A stretch of DNA of 59,339 nt, counting the filler, from Catajapyx aquilonaris (Eukaryota): assembly GCA_000934665.2 (NCBI GenBank). It is 4 parts of 4 records of this genome, joined end to end, with 100 filler letters (N's around TTAATTAATTAA, not from the genome) between each part and the next. Parts side by side here need not be neighbours in the genome. Positions count along the whole stretch, not along the records: positions 14,832 to 29,557 come from JYFJ02007700.1; positions 29,658 to 44,458 come from JYFJ02007701.1; 2 more parts are not named here. One strand, written 5' to 3'. Made by a program: the position numbers and the translations under genes. This document shows positions 23,114 to 37,761 of this stretch, piece by piece (the first letter of the stretch is position 1; every line of letters starts with the position of its first letter). Under the pieces are notes generated by a model. That model made no database searches and was not told the DNA's origin. It saw only the letters and a list, made by a program, of their open reading frames with translations.

Positions 23114-26100
23114 TATCAGAAGGTACCGTAGTAAGAGTGTCCGTGGGCTGGTGGAAACCATAGATGGCAACAATGGCCATGGGATCCAGCAAATACGATT
23201 AATTTCCATTCTCCTAGAGACCTAGACCATTGGGTGATTTGAGTACAGAAGAACGAAGTCATTTCGAGTAAAAGAGGAAACAAAAAGCGACCAGAACAGA
23301 AGGAATTTAATCTCTGGCGCAACACACAAGGCAGACCCACACACACATACACACATAGCAACCTCGCGTTATGACGTTTCACGTGTCATCCATAATCACA
23401 CTCAATCACAACAATGCTACAATTTTGTCGGAAGGGCTCTCTTCAATCATCGGTAATAATAATTAAATCATTCGACGCGAGGTTGTGTCGTGATCATCTT
23501 ACATTAATTTTAGCAAAGCGCCATTGCCTTGGAATCGTCTCTTTGGAAAGTGCTAACCTGGCTCTTGACAGGGCACATTATAGGACTTCCTTTTCCTTAG
23601 AGAGAGACTAGAACACACTATTAAAAATTCATGGGCCAATTTTGAGCCCTTTAGGGTGGTACCTGACTTCCCTGCCTTAAGGATGCAGGCAGAAATGGAA
23701 GACTTACTGTGGATACAAACATTAAGCTGTGCACTTTCCAGTCCACAATCAAAAAAGGAAGGAATGGAAAGAGGTGATTTGTTTTGGCATAAATTCATTG
23801 GACAAAAAGACACCAAGTAGTGCACATTTTTAATTAGCACGTGACAATTAGTCGATACTCTGCAAGCAAAGTTGCAATATTGTTCTTTCCAGTATAATTT
23901 CCGGTTTACTTGAAGTATTTTTAACGTGTGTTTCTTTACCACGACTCTTTCTGCCTTGAATAAATAAACTTATGACATCATTATGATATAAACCATAGCA
24001 TGCAGAACTACGGGGCAACTCTCTCGCGGTAGTTTAACCTGTCCACATGCTGAATACATTGTTACAGACTCTGTCCTTCGACTGGACGATGAGCTCTACA
24101 GGCTGTAAACACACCATACGGAAAGAGCGATCAAAAATAGATGAAAAGACTCCGTTATTAACCTCACCATTCCTGCTACTTTTGCTTAGCACCGCGCGAC
24201 CTATATATCCAGGAAAACCCTGGCGAAGGCACTCGAGAAAGGGAATGAACAGCTGGACCAATCTTGAAACGATCCAAACGGTTACAAGACACTTCCCAAG
24301 TAAATCCTGCTCCCTTTTGGATCACAATGTGAATGTCCAAGATATAGTGAATCACGAGAGAGGGAAAAGTGGCAGTCACACTTGCTTCTGACGAAATTCA
24401 CCCGATAGTCTAAAGTCTATAAACTATAAAGTGCCCATATAAATCCCAAAGTGGTGAATCATAGAGACCGGCGGGAGTGGAAGTGACAGATGCAAGGATC
24501 ATTATTTTGCAATCGTTTTCTACGACTGTAAAAAATCTAACATTATACACTGAGATATATGAAACAACAGCATGGTAACTAGTGGTAGTGCACTTGTTAG
24601 TTATTGAATTATTATTAAATATTAATTAACCCTCGGGTTAATACATTGTCACGTGTGTCTATGATTGTGACAATGTATTGAAGCTCTAGTTCTCACAACA
24701 TTCTTCCACTTGCCAGCGCGGCGTCTCTAACAATGTCTCGTAGTTGCTGGAATAATAATTACATTAACAGCTATGTTATACCGCGCACACAACTCGTGCA
24801 CCTTTGTTTTGTGCTCGTTCTTAATTCCTTAATAATGAATTAATTACCTGTAAATCCAACAGTTCAGTGCACCTGGCTAGTACTGCACTTTGCCAGCTAT
24901 TATTTGTTTAAAAATAGCTAACTTCTTACGGGCAGCCTCTCTATAGACTTGCGTGAAATAAATTGATCATAGATATTATGTAGATAATTTCAGTGCAAGA
25001 AAATAATTGTCTCGAGGGAACGTTACATCGCAATAATATTAATAGTCTATAGATACTGTCGGCTTCGTCTTATCCGCGGAATTCACTCATCCGCGAGGAG
25101 CTAGAAAAAACCGCGGATGCCGACTGCATAATTAACGTGCATTTCAGAGCAATTCCTGCGAACATAAGTGTCATTTCACAGCCACTTGCAACAGGTGTAT
25201 TACACTGCATAGCACTCGGCCAGGTATAGCCAGACAGGCCAGACAGGTATACACAAACAGTGTAGTGTAATGGTCTAATAATACATATTGCACCTGATTG
25301 CCGCCACCACCTTCGATGGCCTACCGCATCACGTTTCAATTAAAATTAGAATTGCTACATTATCATTGAAGAGCAGAATATTTATTACACGCCAGAGTTT
25401 TTAAAACAAAAATTATTCGGCTGAAAACAACTTTATAACGTTGTATAGATATGGCCAACCGGCATCCATCGCTTATTATTGACTCAATCAAACCAGTGTG
25501 AAACTGTTAAATCTCTCGAATATAAAAGGATTTGTGGCGAACGTGACCCTGCCATGCACCTCTTCGTTCAGCTGGTGAGCCAGGCAAGAAATGAATAAAT
25601 CAATTGAAGCACATAATACCTTAAATTACGTTGCTATAATAGGAGAGAGATCAACCCAGTGACATATTTATCAGTTGTCTTCATAAGCCTTGCCTGTAGA
25701 CGAAATGCCACAGTGCACGTACAGCACAATATTGTAGGCTATAATATATTATTAGGAGGCCAGGGATCATACAGCCTAAACCGAAACCAACCATCACTCT
25801 GGGGACTATACACCATAAAACTCATTCGAGAGTAAGTACCGGTACTGGTTAGCAGAAGCCGAAACTTCACCTGGACATTCCATTTGTGACCACGGACGTA
25901 CGTATTTATTCTGTCAATATAATCTTCCGAGGCCTTATTATTTCCTTCATTTAGCCTGCTGCATGCACTGTATGGAACGCACATTCCCAGCAGTCTAATG
26001 AACTCCACAATCGTTAACGAGCTATATAACAGTGACGGAGGAAGGGGAGAGGGCTCCATGTTTATACGTCATAATACACATACTGTACGTATATACCAGC

Positions 26101-29100
26101 AGTATGATCATTCATTTGGCGAATCGTGGCTGGGCACGAATGGGGCTTTCATGATTCAAATCGAATGCAACCACTCGACTGTCGCTCTGCTAGAAAGAAC
26201 AATAACGTTACCTCCAACACCGAAATACAGAACTTCCAGGGCATGAAAGGAGGCGCTGTACATACGAATTAACTATCAACTGTAGTGAAATACGGACGAT
26301 TAAATAATATATCGTTATTGACCAGATATCCAGCAGAACATCGGCTGATTGCTTGTACGTATAATTAATTACTCTTCAGTCATGATGCCTTTTCCTGACC
26401 GGACCTCCAGAGCAGGCAGCACTGCGACACAGTCATGCTCTGCCCTGTAAGGATGGACGGCAAGCAATGTCGCCGAATCTTAAGTGGGTTGTACACAGTA
26501 GATCCGACTCCGACTCCGGTGACTCCGACTCGGAGGCATCGGACACCCTGTTCAGACAGAGGTCTGCTGTTCGATGTCCGATGCCATTGTTTACATTACG
26601 AACAACACTGGCCATTAAGCCAGCATCGATGCAGGCCAATCTTCTCTCTCCGGCACTATACTTTTGCTCTTTCTTGTGCTTCTAAACTGATACTATATAG
26701 TCCTAAGGGCATCCAGGACACTACTGTATACGGGGAGCGACATTTGCACTAATAATCGTATTATCAAGAAGAAGGTGCCGGTCCAATCCTCAAGAATCGC
26801 ACAGTTCATGCTTGTGTATGCAGTGCTGCACGTATGCTCATTTCCTTCAATCTAAAAAGTTAATAAGCCGTTGCGAGTTAAGTGGCCTTTGAAATGTGAT
26901 GGAACTTTAATCTACAACTAGAGCTCTTAACAGTCTATTGCAAAGGTGAAGAAATCGGGCATGAGTGGAACATCCCCTCTGATAATATTGCACTGCTCCT
27001 ATATGTCTGTAATAGTGTAATTGCCATCAAATTGCTCATTTACCAGAGTGAGGTGCGCAAGACTCATCTCCGACCATAATTAATACACTTCCGCGCCTCA
27101 TGACCCATTAAATATTAAACTAACAGAAGACAGTGCCCACCCATGGTAGGGCCCGATAAGTCTATGGTACTAGCAGAAAATAGCACCAGTCGATGTTAGC
27201 TATTTTACGACAATGCAACCCTTGCCAGAAGAAGACTTCACTGCACTTATTCGATTCAACTACTAATCATGTCAGTAGCTGATACAGCAATAGGCTATCT
27301 TAGTTAATCCGAATGGTATTACATTCAACTTATTAAACTCTCCCCAGAACGATTCACAGAAAAAGAAAGTATAGGTAATTTGATACTAATTCCCTTTGCC
27401 ATTGGAAGTGACATGTCGATGACGAGGTTACTCCTGGTTACGTGACAGAGTTGTCCGCCATTAAGATCACAACATTATTTTGCCGGTTTGAAGATTGATT
27501 GATTGGGGTTTTGGGCGCAACGACAATGGCGATACCACGCCAAACACATGTTACGTTGTAGGGCTTTTGTTTGAAGACTGATACTGCTTCTTACATGGAC
27601 AGCCACTTGGTCTTAAGTCGTAAGAAGATGGTACACGGAGGCAAAAATGTCCCTCTGGAACTATACGCGTAGACACAGTACTTGACAGCATGCATATTGA
27701 AATGCCAATGTTTCATGCACGACTTCCTTTACCAAACAATAATATGATTCATCGCTCAGTTGAACCATTTGATATTATAATTTTACGTCGACGCGGTACC
27801 ATTTAACTACCGAAGGAGGGAGAATACGACTCTGCAGCTGTTGACTGGTTAAAAATAGTCCACAAAATGAAGGCCAACATGAATGATCTAATTAGATCGT
27901 TCATACAGGTTGGCATTGCAAACAAACCTGACGGAAACGGCAAATATCGCGACTCAGTGTTAATCATTCTATAAGTTTTCGAGCATAGTCCCGCAAGGAA
28001 ATCCCTTAGACCAGCAAAGGGAAGAAGCTGGACCAATCCTGAGACGATCCGAACCCAAACAAGACACTTTCCAGATAAATCACCCATATCAGACACAAGA
28101 GGCATCATAATCCCACCAAATGACAATTCCACTATTATGCGGCAACTCAATTGTAGAGCAGCATCGGGTCTGACCTGTTGATAATATTCCATGCTAGCTC
28201 TCCTTTCAATCAGAACATGTAAATATGACGTACTATAATCGGATTCTCAAGGTGCAGAATAATAATTACTCCCATGCTCTTCCAGTGGTTTTAAATAGGG
28301 TGAATTTCCTTTCACTCTCCGTCCCTCCAAAGTACAAAACACATCACATTTCACCTGGCACCATGCCATGCCAATGATGCCAGCAGGGAGCGACCTGCGA
28401 CCTAATGACCCTGCTGCCATGGCCTGGGAAGCAAAGGCTAGAGTCAAGAGGTGGCTGCTTGGCGCCAGAAGCCATTCTGTGGCACGTAACTATAGTACAT
28501 GCCATTTTACACGAAGACGTGACGTGATGCCACTGAGGGTGTCCTAGGTCCTACTGCATCTATTCAATTCACAGCGTCTGCAGCTATCATTCATCATCAC
28601 ATGGAAGGCCTCTCAGTTGATAATAATTTGCATAATCATCCATTATCCATAGAGCATGAAGACAAAGTGTTCACTTTGTCGGCCTGTCCATCAATCAACA
28701 CAGAAGACCTCCATTATTATCAGTACTGTACAGCGTTTCAAAAATCGTAGTGTCGGGCAAGACAAACCCAGCGCTTAATTTCACCACGTCCAAAGGCTAT
28801 GTAAATCACATGCAGCTTAATATACTATAGTCAAACTTATATTGTTGTAGCGGATCATAGCATTGAGACTGCATTACCCTCAGCTACACAAGCTACGACA
28901 GAGACAGCCGCCAGATCGTTGCTGCTCCTCTCTTGATTCCCACAAGATTCCCAGAGAAACTATATGTTTTGTGCCAGACCTCTATACAGTTCCAGAATGA
29001 CCACGCAGGCCGTGCAAGACGCAATTCGATATTACCATTGCGAATCGGGTGCTCTAACCACTTAGCTACAAGGAGCTGACATACGCAATTGGATAGACTC

Positions 29101-29557
29101 CATGGCCGATATAGTCTGCGAGATGCATGAAAACATTCACAAACTGTAGAGTAAGAAAGAAAGGAGGCTTCAATTCCAGCATACACCTCTGACTAATGCC
29201 ACACGCTGACGTGTCGCGTCGTACGTGTCTGCGGCGGATTCCAAACCCCAACGATGCGCACCACTGCTATTATTTTCTTGAAGAAATCTTGAAATCGCAA
29301 TAACTCTGAAACTAAAATAGCACAAACGCCCATATTCGAACCCAAATGAGCACAAACCGGGCACAAATGATTGCCATCGGTGAAATTTTGAAATTCTAAA
29401 GTGGTTGGACCAAGTTAACGGATAATAATATGCACCAGTCAGGAGAGGAAGTGACAGACGTGTGGCAGTGATCATGTGCACGAGAAAAGAGGTGCACGAC
29501 TGGTAGGATGATGTGCCCGTTCTCATGATCACAACTCCACACGCAGGCGACATGCAC

Positions 29558-29657
29558 NNNNNNNNNNNNNNNNNNNNNNNNNNNNNNNNNNNNNNNNNNN
29601 NTTAATTAATTAANNNNNNNNNNNNNNNNNNNNNNNNNNNNNNNNNNNNNNNNNNNN
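29558..29657. other. Assembly gap spacer
   Basis: 44N-TTAATTAATTAA-44N. Confidence 0.98.
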
Positions 29658-30963
29658 ATTCCTTCTCACTGTATTTATGTATCATATTGTAATATACTAG
29701 TTATTAGCCCACCCTTGTACGTTATTCCCTCCTATCCCCGACGTACCGTTATAATGTGACTGTATCCAAAGAGGATCTCGCCGTGCTTTCTTCAGCATTC
29801 CCAGGGTCGTGATGTTCCAACACTAGTTGCTAGCTCGAATTTAAAGGGTTGGCGAGTATCTATACGCATTACATCAGAAGGGATGACCAATGGTTCAAGA
29901 TAATAGTGAAGGGTCACCCCAAAGCCGGACTGAGGCAGTGAGCCTTCCGGACATCCGAAATGTCCTCATAGTGGCCCTATTCGCTGCCAGCTGCCATTAT
30001 GTGTATCCTGCTTTCATTGTTGACCAGGTGAATGATGACGTCACGTGCAGCGGTAACGGGGGAATCCGGGGTGGAGGAGGCGAGCGGGGAGGAGGTGGGG
30101 GGGGGGGACTTCCCTTTCCCCGCATTTTAACCGGGTTAACGGTATTTTTATCACGACACTTCTCACTTTTCCGATATCAGGGACCCACATGGGCACATTC
30201 CGAACATATTATCATAATTTTTGAAATTCGAGAAAGTTGCCCTTCAAAATCTAATTATAGTTTCATAGCATTTCAGTAATAGCTACACTCTATGACTGTA
30301 AACAGGTAGAAATGCTAAGTTTTCATTTTGTGCTCCAGGAAATAACACCCCTATATACAGTAAGTTATAATAATATCCATTTTCAAAAGGAAATTACCAT
30401 GCATTATGTCAATTTAATGTGTGCCTCAAACACATTTTTTTTAAATCAATGATTACTCATTACTGTATGGCTGGCCACATTAATATATTCCCCCAAATCT
30501 GACTGAATCAAAGTGAATTCAGCCTCAAGCAATTTCCGCCCGCATATGTATTTTAAACAGAAACGTTAACATGTACACGTTATTTCATGCCTACGTGATG
30601 TTACACGCTGAGTTCAAGCTTTGTGCCACCAGGACAACCCTCAGTGTGTTGACGTTTCTCACAAGTCGGCTCCGGTAACTGGTGCTCAATTTTCGTGACA
30701 GTATGTGGTTGAATTTTTTTGTTGGTTTCCTTTCTCCGGTGATCATGGGTGAGAGGGTGACCATTAAGTTCTGTTTAAAAATTAAAATGCTGTCGTTATA
30801 ATTTCGTTACGGATCTCATTACCTGCACCAGACACCGGTACCGAACACATAATTATTTCAGATGAGGCGCGAGTGTGGTTGGATGCAAACCTTCCAGGAT
30901 ATGTTATAGTTACTACTTGATAGGTAAACAATTATCTAGGTAATTACGCTGTGGAACCTAAGT

Positions 30964-31386
30964 GGAAAATTTATCAAACAATCAAACCAAAGCACCCCAT
31001 GCTGGTACTATAATCACTTTAAGGTGCTTGTACTATGGGCGCCAAAAGAATTGACCGGAGTTGATGGGTATATAGCGCCATATACCCATCAACTCCGACG
31101 GTCAATTCTTTTGGCGCCCATAGTACATGTAATGTACCGGTACCTGATAAGGGCAGAACTCCAATAAGGTTACTAACAAAATTGGTATCCCACAATGACA
31201 GGTAGCTTACTATGACGGTACACCTAACCTACCATTATCAGTTCAGTTAATACGTTTGGTACTTCAGCAAGAAAAATGGCCTTATTGGTGTCTGGCACCC
31301 TTTATCAGGTACAAGTAACCGTAATGATTGTGATTATATCACCATCATGCGGTGCTTTGATTTGATTGTTTGATTTAAAATTTTCC
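30964..31386. mobile_element. Old foldback/MITE-like element whose left arm is interrupted by a younger MITE
   Basis: GGAAAATTTATCAAACAATCAAACCAAAGCACC...GTAC[insert]GTACCTGATAAGGG...CCAATAAGG is inverted relative to ~31280-31386. Confidence 0.65.
31033..31123. mobile_element. 91-bp hairpin MITE inserted at TA (within GTAC)
   Basis: TA|CTATGGGCGCCAAAAGAATTGACCG...CGGTCAATTCTTTTGGCGCCCATAG|TA, almost wholly palindromic. Confidence 0.8.
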
Positions 31387-34366
31387 CCCCATTTTCTTAT
31401 GATCCCAGTTGAATTTATGCAATATAAAACACTACTATACTTGATTACTTATTTGGGATAACTCGTCTGTGGCAATAGTTAAACCAGGCTATTCAAACTC
31501 TGAAATTCATCTTATTCGCTGCTGACTGTTACTATGAAACTATTAAAGTCACGAATAATCACGAATCACGAATAATCAACACTTTTAAAATGTGAAATGG
31601 GCTTAGCTGTTGTTTCACACATTGCGTGTTATTACGTTGTATATGCATTGCGCAATTTTAGGGTTCACCTCTATTTACCGGTATCTATTTTGTAGCTCAT
31701 ATTGGGGTGCATCTAAAATACTTGAGAAGCAGTAGCCATAAACAAGCAAGTAATAGGTATATGGTAGCCTACAGTACAGTACATGTGCATGCATTCATTC
31801 ACACTCACGTCAGTTACAGAAACCCTATAGGCCTACGTGTTCTAAATAATATCTAATAACTGTGCAGATGTAGCAATATCACGGAGTGACTTGGTAGTCA
31901 GCCCGTCTCTTTGCACACCCCATTATGATGTGTTTGGTATCACGGGGAACACCCCACATTTTATGCAAAATCAACAGCATGTGTATGCAGCGGATCAGGG
32001 ACAGCATCCCGCTTAATGAAATTCACCCTCTTTCCTATTATGTTCTGCGCGTATCTATCAGCTGCCAAACACTACTTTTTAGTCCGCTATAATGAGCCAA
32101 CATGGCCGCCGTGCCACGTCATCACCTTGTCACAGGCAGCAAACAATCGGAACACATGCTCTGTCGGCCATTGTTCCAAACCCGGCCATCTTTCATAAGC
32201 AGTGTTAGCCACAATATTTCATCAAAGGGATTTATTCGGCGGTTTCATCGGCGGAAACCACACTTCCACGCTCCGAACACTAAGTCCGCTTTATATGTTA
32301 CTAGTTCTGGTATTCATGGTGTCAAGCTTGCTGATAATTGCGTTATAACTGTCACCGCTGCATATTCATTATTAATTATTTTGCCAGTATCACAAACTAC
32401 AGCTCTCTGCATTATGCGAATTTTCCCTCCTTTTGCCACCTTATATGATTATCACACATGGGCTTTATCCCTTCATATACCACTATCTGTTTGCACAGTG
32501 CGACCATTTAGCTGACAAATGTATCGGCAATATATAGCATCAAGCCATTTTCTCAATCAAAAATTGCTATCTGCACCAGTCAGCTCCTATGCTTTTGCTG
32601 ATTGGTGCATCCCAAAGACACCCATGTGAACCCTCCTAGTAAAATTCACGTTTCAACTATACCCCTAAGGCCATCATGAGGTGGGCTTGCCACCTGTGGA
32701 CTACACTACTGTAAGGCCCGCCGCGCAGCAGCGTAAGGTGCAACGACCAAAGTTGGTCGCTACCAGCGTCTGTCATTAGTATGACAAGTAGATCCCCCGG
32801 TCTATAGGCCAGGTCGGAATTGGCGTCGGAGAGCATCTAGCACGACGCAACTGGCGGGATCCCTCTCCAATTATTATTATCATCTTAAGACTCGTGGGGG
32901 GGGGGGGGGNGGGGGGGGGGGGGGCTCCAGCCAGCTAACCCCCGACCCTGCACCTGAACCCCCCATCCTTTTAATGGAGCTGCTGGTGTTGCGATCGGCT
33001 TGCAGATTCATTAGTGCCCACCATTCCAGCTCCTTTCATGTGGCTTGACTCGGAGCGTGGAATGTCCTGGAGTCAGCAATGGGCCAACTTGACGCTTCAC
33101 TTCTCGCTTTTCTGGAAAGGCCAAGGCCGACAAAATGAGCTCGACTGCAACAATCCACGTGGGGCTCATTTGTAATGGGGGTCTGCACACGGCCTGGATC
33201 GGAATTCAGATCGGAATCGGTTATTAAAAAGGGCAGGATAAAAATAGATATGGGGCACATTATAACCTGTTGTGCGTTGATCGTTAGAGGTCGTTATATT
33301 TAATTCACTTCTCGAATGCGCTCGTGCATGCAAACAGGCCTCTCCAATTGAATCGAGGGTGTAACTATGGGTGTGGTGCTAACTTGGGAGCGGACACCAT
33401 ATTCGTGCTGACGGGTTTCATTTGAGTCTAAATTTACTTTAGGGGTGCCTGTGCAGTGGACCGAAGTTTCCAGTTCAAGAGAAGTTATAGGTTGTTTATA
33501 GCTTACCAATCAGTTTGAACGAAAACTCTTGACAAATAAGGCAGGAACAGTTTTGCTTTAACCTGATAGCTGGATAAACAATTCATACGTAAGAGCTATC
33601 CACAAAGTTTTAATAAAAATATCCTAAAATTTCAAAATAAATATTTGACCTTGCACTCACATGCTAGTAGAGGCAGAAAATCCTGGTTTGCTAGCTCATT
33701 GTTAATTGATAGGACTAAGTGAACTTCACCGTGCGATAGAGCAGAAAAAATCACACGGATATAAATCATTCAAAATCGCCAAAGTTGGACTTGGTCGATT
33801 TCTCCTGTATGTCCACGATGTCTTCTGGGAAATTGGGCAGTGCATCAGCCTGAAGGTGTGCAGAACATCACTGAATAAATCATGGATTCGAAAAAGGAAT
33901 ATGAGCTTGTGTCAGACTCGATACTTCAATAAAACAGAAAGTAATAATGTGAATTTTAAAAATGCGTCACGGTGGGTATCGAAAATGTGATTAGTTACAT
34001 CGTCGCAGAAATGGTTTTATGATCACATTCGGAAACCTATACAACAATATTGCATTCTGACGTCGAATTCGACCGTCAGCTGCTGAGGTATACTGTACAC
34101 ATTACAATCGAGAGTATGTTTTCTTCAAATATCTACCCCATTTTAGCCTATCTTAAAGTGGCATCACCGGTACCTTTCTTCAGTCCAGCCAGCCAGTCAC
34201 GTATAAAGGTCATGTGTACAATCACAATATCACATACATGAAAGGGGAAGAAAGGGTGGTACTCATTCACTGCAAGGTAAGCTTAGAAGTAGCATACGTA
34301 CTCGTACAGTATAATATTATGCAAAATTATACCATCGCATTTCCACAATTATTCCAAGACAGAATA

Positions 34367-34948
34367 CAGTAAAACTTCTATAAGTCGAATCTCCATGGGA
34401 CCGGAAAAAAACTTCGAGTTATAGAAGATTCGAGTTAGGGAAGTTTGGAATTTTTTAAGCACAGAACTCTATAAGGAAGCCTACCGTTATATCCAGCGAC
34501 GAAAGGTGTTGAAAACTTAAAAATAACTGTCACTATCACATGAACAATGTTCCTCGTTGTTTTGGTGTAAAAAAATCTCCATTATGGACATTTTGCTACT
34601 CTTAGATTCAAGGATTCAATTGTCACAATCGAGTCACACACTTCTTTCGGTACAATTGAGCCTTTCTGTACAGTACATGTGGTCTGCTCTCGACCCTTCG
34701 GCTGGGAAATGAGAAAATTTTCCGTACCGTACTCGCCAACATGAACTTCGACTTAGGGAGACTGAAAATGCATTGATATCCCATGGTAAGGCCCTGCCAG
34801 CACTTCGAGTTATGGAGAACTTCGAGTTAGAGAAATTCGAGTTAAGGAAGTTTATTTCCTATTATTTTACATTGTGACCAACCAAGCTCACGATTTTCTT
34901 CGACTTATAGAGAACTTCGACTTAGGGAAGTTCGAAGAAGTTTTACTG
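34367..34948. mobile_element. pogo/Tigger-like MITE
   Basis: TA|CAGTAAAACTTCT...AGAAGTTTTACTG|CA, with multiple TTCGA(G/C)TTA(T/G)(A/G)GA subterminal repeats. Confidence 0.8.
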
Positions 34949-35443
34949 CATATGCAACAGAAGTGGACAGCCGTTAATAATGACGTGTCCTCCATCACCC
35001 ATGCTGGAGAGAACCTCGTGGGAGGGAGATTATCGGCTTAAAATTATTGTGCTTGAACTAAAGGAGCACACATGGAAGCCTACTGATTTTTTGACATACA
35101 CTTGATGAGTGTCCCTTCTCAATTTCACAATATATTTCCACACCATGGTCCAGTAACGTGCGTAACAGTAGCAAGTTGAAACTCAGTAGGGAGGTTCATA
35201 GTGGACACCCTGGTACTTCACTATCTACTCCCAGTCTCCTACACGGTACAGTATATCCGCCCTCATGATATTCCTCATTATAAATCTGTGTTAGGCTACA
35301 ACTTTTAAAATAAAACAACCAGTTTAAAAGCAAGCCAAAGATGTCATGCTTATTAGGTGAAAATATTACTATGTATATACAGTACGCAGTAAAGCTAGCT
35401 ACGCAAAATTGGTCAAATATTATTACTGACATTTTTCGTACTA

Positions 35444-36017
35444 CGAGGGCCGTTCCAAAATGATTTGCAATGTAATTTTTTTGCCAAAATTACAGGGCTC
35501 ATGCAGGTCGGAGGATAAGCACACATTATCGATAAAACCATCCTGGAGCCGAATGCATAGGAGCATAGGAGGAATGGATGTGCCCACCTCTTCAGGTCCT
35601 CCAGGGACTACTTTTTGGTGGGGCGGCTAACCCACTCCCGGACAACTCTTAGCAGTCAACAATGTCCTCGAAATGACATCAGCGAATGGGTATTTTCATG
35701 TCTCCGAACAGGTGAAAGTCACATGGGGCCAGGTCGGAGGAGTGCTGTACGGCGTGTGGTGAAGCACCCAAAGCCATTTTTTTTAAACCCTTCGGCGACA
35801 CCATTTCCAGGACATTATTGACCGTTGCTTACTTCTAGCAGTTGTCCGGGGGTGGGTGCATCGCATCACCAAAAAGTGGTTCCTGGAGGGCCTGGAGAGG
35901 TTGCCACACCTATTATCCCTATGAATTCGGCTACACGATGGTTCTGTCTATATACCGACCTACATGGGCCCTGTATTTTTGAGAAAAAAAGTGTAAATCA
36001 TTTTGGAACGGCTCTCG
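35444..36017. mobile_element. mariner-derived non-autonomous element carrying the transposase 3' end on both strands
   Basis: TA|CGAGGGCCGTTCCAAAATGATTT...AAATCATTTTGGAACGGCTCTCG|TA. The minus strand has a decayed HTPYS..DLAPCDF/HLFGDMK...VVREWV. The plus strand has HFQDII...VVRGWVHRITKKWFLEGLERLPH. Confidence 0.85.
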
Positions 36018-37761
36018 TACATTCTGGGAGTGACGCTGCTTCGGGCACACTCCTCACCTATGGCAAGTGGCAAGTACCGCAGGTAGAGGCATTCGCAAGA
36101 TATGCGACACAAAATGCGTCAGCACAATCATGTTTGGACCATAACACACTTGATATAATGATAAATTTACTTAAATAATTATTGTGAATAGCCAATTTGG
36201 GTAGTTTAGAGTTATTTACACCATTATTTAGCATTTTTCTTCTCCATCGCCTAGTGAGGTCCGTTTAGTCATAATAGCTCATAATGAGCCAGCTCTCCAG
36301 GACATTTTCTATTCACTAGCAAGTAAACAAGTTCAAGTTCAAATCTTTGCCTTTGATTATCTCGAAACCGGGTTTTTGAACTTAGCTTGTTTCTCTTGAA
36401 CGCCCACAATAGGACATTTGTATCGTGCAATTGATGGCCAGTGATGAGGAACTTCATCTCCGCATGTGTAATTATTCTCTATTGTATTAATTAATAATAT
36501 AGTATAAAGTTAGCCTACTTTCTTTACAAAAAAAAATCAATGCATTTTTCAAACCATGCTGTGTTCATTTGAAATCTTTTTATTGCAAAACACGACTCAT
36601 CACTCTGCATTGTTTGATCCAAGACCATAAAAGAAAGCCAAAGACACTAAATCCACAGCCTCCGTAATTGCCCGAGTTTATGCGTCGCGAGCAAACTCTC
36701 TTCGTTCGCAATGTCACCCTATGAAATTAATCTCAGCATGCCATCTTACTCTTTTTTCCAGCCCTGTAATCCGATATCTTATTTCCCCCTCCCTTCCTCC
36801 CCTCCCCGTCATTCTCCCCCATCCCCGTCCACCAATTGAAAGTGATTAACGCGTAATCATTGCTCAGCCGTGACATCCAGTCAAGTGAGGAAAATCTCTA
36901 AAAAGAGTCTGGGTGCTTTTTGTCTTTTGGCAGAGAGTGGAGGAAAGAAAAGGGTCTTTTGGGACAGCAGACACACTTTCTCTGGCAGACGCTCCTATTC
37001 TCTGGTGGTTCCATCCCAAACTCTCGTTTCATTCCTACTGTTTGCCCCGCGCATAAAACTTTCTCTTGGCCCCCTTTAATCCGCTTTCTTTTCTTTCCCA
37101 AAATCCCAGGGGTCGATGAAGAGAAGAAAAAGAAAAAAAAGAGAAAGTTATTATGCTCCTTCAGTCGTAGAGTGCGAATTTGGATAAAGTCGTACACACC
37201 CGGCGCCTTTCCATCCTGAAATAGAAGGAACTGTTGCTTTTGTAGGCCGAAATGAAATAAAAACAACCCGGGGCCAGAGTCAAAAGGGTATATCTACATA
37301 ATTATACAAAGGCTTATTTGCAGAAATTGCATGAGGCTTGTCCTGGAGTTTACTTGGATCAATGAGGAAAGAGATGGAAGCCAGGCTCTTTCACTAACTA
37401 AAATGTAAGCCATGTTTCTGTTGATATAATTGGAAGAAAAATATAGCGCGGAGTATAGCAAACACAATTTGCTTCCGAGTTAAAACCTTGTTTATTAAAC
37501 AAAGCCATTTTAATACAAAGCGAGTTCAGTATATCTTGCCACACAATGTTCGTTCAAGCGCGAAAGACTTCCCTATAGAATACGAAATCAAATTGTCTAT
37601 TGACTTTGGAAATAATGTGGGTACTCAACACAAAAATCTGGTAGGATTTCCACGATGGGTACCGGAAGATCAAAATAAAAGTAGTAAACCTAAAAATTTT
37701 ACAACGTCAAACTTTTCAAGGTAATGTCATTCCTGATGGCGGACACGACGGCAGCATATAT

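Noticed and set aside
34184..34276. 93-bp open segment between CAG| and |GTAAGC (SSQPVTYKGHVYNHNITYMKGEERVVLIHCK)
   Set aside because: Only a vague FLYWCH-like look, and its phase is incompatible with neighbouring candidates. Insufficient support.
34380..34940. Regularly spaced short repeats (TTCGAGTTA; also GGTACTCC at 20063-20195) resembling CRISPR arrays
   Set aside because: Eukaryotic context, short degenerate repeats inside TIR elements, no unique spacers and no cas genes.
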